From the NCBI RefSeq assembly GCF_000621645.1, contig NZ_JHXR01000029.1:1-32000 (forward strand): a stretch of DNA of 32,000 nucleotides, written 5' to 3'. This document shows, in pieces, positions 27,216-32,000 of this stretch. The number at the start of each line of letters is the position of its first letter. Position 1 is the stretch's first letter. This DNA is from Vibrio cholerae ATCC 14035 (lineage in GTDB: Bacteria > Pseudomonadota > Gammaproteobacteria > Enterobacterales > Vibrionaceae). Under the pieces are notes generated by a model. That model was not told the origin of the DNA, searched no databases, and saw only the letters and a list, made by a program, of their open reading frames with translations. The translations under genes and the position numbers were made by a program.

Positions 27216-28253
27216 ATGGACACTATTCGTACCCTCACGGCTCTGCTGCAAAATAGCGGCTGCCAGTACCAAATTTTTGATCTCGGACGCCGCGTGCAAG
27301 CGATGGATAACCGCCAATTTGCTCAAGTGGAGTTAGGTCAACAAGCTTACCCGTTTCCGCTACAACGTCATGCACAATTCGCTATCGTGTATTGGAATGA
27401 ACAGCGTCAACCTTGGATCTGGATGCTCAAATTTGCACTTGATGAACGTGGCTTACTGCAACAAGCCGATGTTGGGCAATTTATTCAATATCTGCTCGAA
27501 GCAATGGGCAGCCGACTCCATCAATCTTTGACGGAAGAGCAGCAACAGAAGCTCGCCAATAATCCTTACACTTTCAAACCCAGTGAAGACAAACTCGCGA
27601 TGCTGCATAGCCATATTCGCATGCAGCTTGGTCTAGCCTGCAGCCAATACTACGAACACGCTCAGCACTATTTTTCAGGCGGTTTAGGCTGGGATAAGTG
27701 GCATACGGTGGGTTTGCAAGGGATTACCGATCTTTGTGCCCGTTTAGAGCAAGAACAAAACGGCGTATTGCTCCGTAAAGCCCTGACTCATTTGCCTGCC
27801 CAGCCACTTTACGCTGTGCTCGGGGCATTAGAGCATGTCACCTTACCGGAAAAACTGGCGAAACGCTTAAGTGAGCTTGCGGAGGCGGAAGTCAAAGCCA
27901 GCGATCCAGATCTGTTTTTGCTCGCGGCTCTAGTGAGAGCCTTGGCCGGAGCGCCTGCCAATATCCTTGATGCGACTTGCGATGCGATTCTCGCCTCTCC
28001 CGCAATTTGCCATCCAGAAGTGCTGATTGCGCTTGCAGGACGCAGTTGGATGAGCTTAGAAAATAGCGGCCGTGCGCAACGCTTTTTGATCCGCTTAGCG
28101 CAAACTCAAAATCAACCCTTATTTAATCAATTGTTCGCGGACGTGGTCATGCTGCCCGCACTACGGGGAGTGATGCTGCCTCTATTGCACGCCAGCCCAT
28201 CACCAGAGTTGGCGCAGGCTCTAGAGCAGTTACAGCAGATGACACGAGGATAA
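27216..28253 (+). CDS. Conserved hypothetical protein (DUF3549-like; family name from memory)
   Basis: 345-aa ORF with no TM segment. Its stop lies 3 nt before the next ATG. The protein is Leu/Ala/Gln-rich, which suggests a helical fold. Confidence 0.8.
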   Translation: MDTIRTLTALLQNSGCQYQIFDLGRRVQAMDNRQFAQVELGQQAYPFPLQRHAQFAIVYWNEQRQPWIWMLKFALDERGLLQQADVGQFIQYLLEAMGSRLHQSLTEEQQQKLANNPYTFKPSEDKLAMLHSHIRMQLGLACSQYYEHAQHYFSGGLGWDKWHTVGLQGITDLCARLEQEQNGVLLRKALTHLPAQPLYAVLGALEHVTLPEKLAKRLSELAEAEVKASDPDLFLLAALVRALAGAPANILDATCDAILASPAICHPEVLIALAGRSWMSLENSGRAQRFLIRLAQTQNQPLFNQLFADVVMLPALRGVMLPLLHASPSPELAQALEQLQQMTRG

Positions 28254-28256
28254 TTC

Positions 28257-28559
28257 ATGATTGGCGATTTGCTCTTGATACTGGCGCTCTGTTTTGCGGG
28301 ATTTCTGTTTTGGCAGCAGCGCCATCAAGCGGAAATCGCCAAACAAGCGATTCAACGCCACTGTGACAAGCTTGATTTGCAACTGCTCAACGTCGCTTTT
28401 GGCCAGCATAAATTCAAAACGCCCTCTGGCCAGTGGCGTTGGCACACCATTTATTTGTTTGAGTTTTCCTCACTTGGCGACGATTGTTACCAAGGTCAGT
28501 TAGAAATGCGAGGATTTAGAACGGTAGGTTTTGCTCTGCCACCGCACCGGATGGGCTAA
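28257..28559 (+). CDS. Small membrane-anchored protein (DUF3301-like; family name from memory)
   Basis: 100 aa with an N-terminal TM segment IGDLLLILALCFAGFLFW followed by a soluble domain. It is tightly coupled to the upstream ORF. Confidence 0.78.
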   Translation: MIGDLLLILALCFAGFLFWQQRHQAEIAKQAIQRHCDKLDLQLLNVAFGQHKFKTPSGQWRWHTIYLFEFSSLGDDCYQGQLEMRGFRTVGFALPPHRMG

Positions 28560-29055
28560 GCCTATCCGCTTCAGCCGTCCAGACATATTGGCTACATGGG
28601 CCATAAAATTCATCCACATCCATGGCGTGGATAAAACCGAGCTTTTGCAAAATAGTACGCGCAGCTTCATGTTGCGCTTTAATAGTTGCGACCACACGCT
28701 GTAAACCAAAACGCTGACACATATTGGGGAAAAAGGCATTCAACGCTTCACTGGCGAATCCTTGTCCCCAGTAGGCTTTATCAAATAGAAAGCCCAACTC
28801 AGCGCGCCCTTCACTCTCAAATTCGATGAAGACATGCCCCATGTACTCACGGTTATAGTTATCCAGCACGGCCATCGCGTACAGTGAAGAATCATGCAAT
28901 ACCCGCTGAAAAAGCTGTTTCGCTGCCGCTACGGTCGTCGGCCCGTTCATCAGGGCACGGTTTTTCGCACAATAATTGAGCACCAGAAAATCTGACTCAA
29001 ACGCCTCAGTGTAAGGGATAAGTAGCGTTCTTCGGGTCGCTATGGTCACGGACAT
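28516..29055 (-). CDS. GNAT-family N-acetyltransferase (RimJ/RimL-like)
   Basis: Acetyl-CoA-binding core FDKAYWGQGFASEAL...RVVATIKAQHEAARTILQKLGF. I prefer ATG 29055 (MSVTIATRRTLLIPYTE, the typical RimJ-like start) over the track start 29139, because a 12-bp hairpin at 29083-29116 lies inside the extension. The start remains uncertain. Confidence 0.75.
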   Translation of the reverse strand: MSVTIATRRTLLIPYTEAFESDFLVLNYCAKNRALMNGPTTVAAAKQLFQRVLHDSSLYAMAVLDNYNREYMGHVFIEFESEGRAELGFLFDKAYWGQGFASEALNAFFPNMCQRFGLQRVVATIKAQHEAARTILQKLGFIHAMDVDEFYGPCSQYVWTAEADRLSPSGAVAEQNLPF

Positions 29056-29082
29056 TCCTTGTATAGCAGAAAAATCAAACGG

Positions 29083-29116
29083 AAATAGCGCCTTCCCAGA
29101 TAGAAAGGCGCTATTT
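29083..29116. other. 12-bp perfect hairpin between csrB and the GNAT gene
   Basis: AAATAGCGCCTT (29083-29094) pairs with AAGGCGCTATTT (29105-29116) around a 10-nt loop. The plus-sense tail is TTATT and the minus-sense tail is CCGTTTGATTTTT. Confidence 0.5.
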
Positions 29117-29289
29117 TTATTAACAATGACCTCGTCCATATCAAGGATCGAATGACACGAGGTAAAGCCTGCTGACGTTGTTATTTTTATGGTTTATCAA
29201 GAACCTGATATGCGCTTATTTTTTTGTTAGCCAATATTGTGACCAATTTGGCCTGATTAACGCAGGTTCTTTTGCTCGAAAGGGAGATT

Positions 29290-29660
29290 AAGGAAAGCCC
29301 CGACACAGGTGTCGGGGCTTAATCTTAGTCGCAGCATCCGGCTACTTGAATGTGCTCCATGCATCATCCTTAACGGGCTGATCCTTTCAGCGAACTCCGA
29401 GCATCGCCATCCTAGCGGTGTCCTATTTATCCTGATGCCGAATAATCCTATTCAGCCTTCATCACTTGTTCCTTGAGCGGTGTCCTTGCCATCGTCCTGA
29501 TGGGGTTCCCTCTCACATCCCTAGAGTATCCTGAATCATCCTTGCAGCTCACCTCACTGTGCGCTGACGCATTCCTTATGCGTGTCCGGCTTCCTGCTTG
29601 TGGTCATCCTCACCACTTCTCATCCTGAGAATCACCGTTCCTAGGTCATTTCCTTCGACA
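29290..29660 (-). ncRNA. csrB: CsrB/RsmB-family CsrA-sequestering sRNA (both ends approximate)
   Basis: 760 bp with no ORF. Minus-strand nt 29335-29656 carries at least 17 A/RGGA motifs plus about 5 further GGA. Many sit in loops of short hairpins: CCAUC-AGGAC-GAUGG (plus 29489-29503), GCAU-AAGGA-AUGC (29569-29581) and CUC-AGGAU-GAG (29619-29629). The 3' end has a 10-bp GC-rich stem (29296-29305 / 29310-29319). A candidate promoter is TTGTAC (29694-29689) - 16 bp - TAAATT (29672-29667). Confidence 0.88.
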
Positions 29661-29817
29661 AGAGATAATTTACCCGTTTTGCTTTTTCGTACAAGCGGCT
29701 GCTGGCCTACAGGCTAAGCCCCCAAACCCAACCAATAAAATAGACATTAAAAATCAAACAGATAAGTAAGCCCCCTCGTTATTCCTGCATCAATTCACTG
29801 TTTTTGCTTACACAAGG

Positions 29818-29835
29818 TGTAAGCGATCTCTCACA
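29818..29835. promoter_or_regulatory. GacA/UvrY/VarA-type upstream activating box
   Basis: The plus strand reads TGTAAG-CGATCT-CTCACA and the minus strand reads TGTGAGAGATCGCTTACA. This matches the consensus TGTAAG-N6-CTTACA at 11 of 12 positions. It lies about 165 bp upstream of the predicted csrB start. Confidence 0.7.
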
Positions 29836-29903
29836 AACGATTGCCCCTTTTGCTCGCGAGTGTTTCTCAGTAAGATGGCGGCAAACCCGAATAAGGAAAG
29901 ATT

Positions 29904-30203
29904 ATGCTGACCAAAGACGTGTCTCAAGAGCTGGAAGAGATCCTCAATAGCCTGCAGCAGCAAGGCAAAGAGCCTTCTGTCGCACTGGTCAAAGCGCGTT
30001 TAAAAACGCCAGTGCCAATGCCTGCGATTATTGCCACGATAAAAAGTTGGAAAAGTACCCAACGCATCCCCAAAGTCGAGGTCGCCACGACAAATACTGC
30101 CCCGAGCCTTGAGCAGCGCATTGAACAATTAGAACAGACGATTTTACAGCTTACAGCGCGTATTGAAGCGCTCGAAAGCACAAACAAAGGAGGGCAAGCA
30201 TGA
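29904..30203 (+). CDS. Small KfrA_N-like DNA-binding protein with C-terminal coiled coil
   Basis: 99 aa. [30 protein letters not shown] resembles the KfrA N-terminal DNA-binding motif. [23 protein letters not shown] is a heptad coiled coil. AAGGAAAG sits 5 nt upstream of the ATG. Confidence 0.7.
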   Translation: MLTKDVSQELEEILNSLQQQGKEPSVALVKARLKTPVPMPAIIATIKSWKSTQRIPKVEVATTNTAPSLEQRIEQLEQTILQLTARIEALESTNKGGQA

Positions 30204-30649
30204 AGATTTGGGTAGACGCCGATGCGTGTCCGAAAGTGATCCGTGAAACGCTGATCCGCGCCGCTGAGCGTACAGGCGTTGAATGTACCTTTGTCGCCAA
30301 CCATCTGATCCCACTGCCCAAACGCGACAATATTCGCGCGCTACAAGTCTCTTCAGGGTTTGATATTGCCGACAATGAGATAGTCAGACGCACCGAAGCG
30401 GGCGATTTGGTCATAACGGCAGATATCCCCCTCGCGGATGAAGTGATCAGCAAAGGTGGTTTGGCGCTCAATCCACGCGGTGAGCTCTACACCAAAGAGA
30501 CCATCAAAGCGCGCCTGAATATTCGCGATTTTATGGATACCATGCGCGCCAGCGGCATTCAAACCGGTGGCCCTGCCGCCCTTTCGCAGACCGAACGGCG
30601 CGAGTTTGCCAATCATCTGGACAGAATTTTGGCTAAGCGCACTGGGTAA
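30200..30649 (+). CDS. yaiI: YaiI/YqxD-family protein (UPF0178, DUF188)
   Basis: 149 aa. [16 protein letters not shown]...VANH...[13 protein letters not shown]...[12 protein letters not shown] is the conserved UPF0178 pattern. Its ATG overlaps the upstream stop (ATGA at 30200-30203). Confidence 0.88.
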   Translation: MKIWVDADACPKVIRETLIRAAERTGVECTFVANHLIPLPKRDNIRALQVSSGFDIADNEIVRRTEAGDLVITADIPLADEVISKGGLALNPRGELYTKETIKARLNIRDFMDTMRASGIQTGGPAALSQTERREFANHLDRILAKRTG

Positions 30650-30666
30650 TGAGATTTTCTGATGTG

Positions 30667-30698
30667 TAAAAAAGCCTGCGATATGCGCAGGCTTTTTC
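30667..30698. terminator. Bidirectional intrinsic terminator between yaiI and the convergent abgT-family gene
   Basis: GCCTGCG (30674-30680) pairs with CGCAGGC (30686-30692). It is flanked by AAAAAA and TTTTT. Confidence 0.8.
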
Positions 30699-30714
30699 GT
30701 ATGCAGAACAAACA

Positions 30715-32000
30715 CTATGGCGTGTAGTAAGTGGCGGCGCCAGGGCCAACCGGCAGACCTAACACAAATACCCACACGTAGAACAGTAAGCTCCAACCCA
30801 CCATAAACACCACCGAATACGGCAACATGGTTGCGATCAAAGTACCGATACCGAGGTTTTTCATATAACGCGTCGCCACCGCCAGAATCAAGCCAAAGTA
30901 GCTCATCATCGGGGTGATGATGTTAGTGACCGAGTCACCGATACGATAGGCCGCTTGAATCACTTCTGGAGCATAGCCCACCAACATCAGCATAGGCACG
31001 AAAATCGGCGCGGTGACTGCCCATTGCGCAGAGGCAGAGCCAATCATCAGGTTGATGTAACCACACATCAAAATGAAGGCGAAGAACAGCATGGGTCCCG
31101 TCAGTCCGATGTCTTTCAGGAAATCCGCGCCGAGTACCGCCAATACTTGACCAAACTTTGTCCAACTAAAGAAGGCAACGAACTGCGCCGCAAAAAATAC
31201 CAGCACAATGTACATGCCCATAGAAGACATCGATTTCGCCATCGCATTAATCACATCACGATCGGTTTTCATCGTGCCAACCACACGGCCATAGACATAG
31301 CCGGGAATAGCAAAAAAGATAAAGATAAAGGCGACGATGCTCTTTAAAAATGGCGAACCAGAAACGAGGCCATCCTCTCCACGCAGCACGCCATCCGCCG
31401 GTACAATTGTCCAAGCCAATAATGCGCTCACCACAACAACCGCTAATCCAGCATAGGCCAGCGCTTTTTTCTCTAGCGCCGTCAGAGAACCCATTTTGTC
31501 TTGGCTTAAGTCATCGCTGGCTTCTGATACATCATATTTGCCCAGTTTGGGCTCAACGATTTTCTCGGTCACGAATGCACCTAAAATCGCAATCACAAAG
31601 GTAGAAGCCGCCATAAAGTACCAGTTGACTTCAGGACCAACGCTGTAAGTAGGATCAATCATACGAGCGGCGGTTTCGGTAATCCCTGAAAGCAAAGGAT
31701 CGACGGTGCCAATTAACAGGTTTGCCGAATAACCACCAGAAACACCTGCAAACGCCGCAGCGAGTCCCGCGAGCGGGTGACGACCTAGCGAATGGAACAG
31801 CATGGCTGCCAGTGGAATAAGAACCACGTAGCCTAATTCAGATGCCGTGTTAGAAATAATACCGGCAAACACGACAGTGAAAGTGACCATGCGCTTTGAA
31901 GCGCCCATCACCAGACCACGCATTGCCGCAGAGAGCAACCCAGAGTGCTCCGCAATGGCGACACCCAGCATGGCCACCAACACGGTGCCTAAAGGAGCAA
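30715..32000 (-). CDS. AbgT-family transporter (p-aminobenzoyl-glutamate / antimetabolite efflux family), 5' end beyond the window
   Basis: The reading frame is open to the window edge. The product is a polytopic membrane protein with AbgT/MtrF-like segments (GSASAQWAVTAPIFVPMLMLVGY, AYRIGDSVTNIITPMMSYF). The first Met in the track (31983) is not the true start. Confidence 0.82.
   Translation of the reverse strand, partial: APLGTVLVAMLGVAIAEHSGLLSAAMRGLVMGASKRMVTFTVVFAGIISNTASELGYVVLIPLAAMLFHSLGRHPLAGLAAAFAGVSGGYSANLLIGTVDPLLSGITETAARMIDPTYSVGPEVNWYFMAASTFVIAILGAFVTEKIVEPKLGKYDVSEASDDLSQDKMGSLTALEKKALAYAGLAVVVVSALLAWTIVPADGVLRGEDGLVSGSPFLKSIVAFIFIFFAIPGYVYGRVVGTMKTDRDVINAMAKSMSSMGMYIVLVFFAAQFVAFFSWTKFGQVLAVLGADFLKDIGLTGPMLFFAFILMCGYINLMIGSASAQWAVTAPIFVPMLMLVGYAPEVIQAAYRIGDSVTNIITPMMSYFGLILAVATRYMKNLGIGTLIATMLPYSVVFMVGWSLLFYVWVFVLGLPVGPGAATYYTP

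Noticed and set aside
29335-29660. Recurring ATCCT/TCCT motifs as a possible CRISPR array or tandem repeat
   Set aside because: The motifs are only 4-6 nt long, irregularly spaced (about 8-30 nt), and lack conserved repeat units. The pattern fits the GGA loops of a Csr/Rsm sRNA read on the opposite strand.
29715-29760. Possible IHF site (AATCAA...) between the VarA box and the csrB promoter
   Set aside because: Only the WATCAA half matches, and the required TTR at +4 is absent. That is too weak to call from sequence alone.
29924-30796. Three overlapping minus-strand ORFs (126, 106 and 147 aa)
   Set aside because: All are antisense to the KfrA_N-like and yaiI genes, and the last one crosses a terminator. 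They have no domain signatures, whereas the plus-strand frames have conserved family motifs and an SD.

Overview
The gene content and order look like a core, housekeeping stretch of a Vibrio chromosome, most like V. cholerae chromosome I. The organism call is an inference from the PomAB sodium motor genes and the synteny, not a database hit. I support about 30 CDS: treCB/treR, gmhB, metNIQ, syd plus a Zn-ribbon gene, queF, two adjacent non-canonical GGDEF genes, ppnN, xni, ygdD-gcvA, thiI, pomAB, xseB-ispA-dxs, truC-yqcC, a DUF3549/DUF3301 pair, a GNAT gene, a KfrA_N-like/yaiI pair, and a partial abgT-family transporter. The ORF track misses several features. These are a tandem tRNA-Tyr array at the left edge, GcvB sRNA divergent from gcvA, and a CsrB-family sRNA (about 22 GGA motifs on the minus strand) filling the 760-bp ORF-free gap at 29.1-29.9 kb with a GacA/UvrY/VarA-type upstream box. 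It also misses two ERIC-like palindromic repeats bracketing thiI (one with a nested 70-bp insertion), MetJ boxes, TreR-type operators, a sigma-28 promoter for pomAB, and many intrinsic terminators. I see no integrase, transposase, CRISPR array, prophage or recognisable defence island. The least-described biology here is the periplasmic-TPR/degenerate-GGDEF plus SGEEF cyclase pair, the translationally coupled KfrA_N-like/YaiI module beside the csrB control region, the syd-coupled Zn-ribbon gene, and the ERIC elements at synteny breakpoints. All homology calls come from reading the translations against remembered family sequences. No searches were run.
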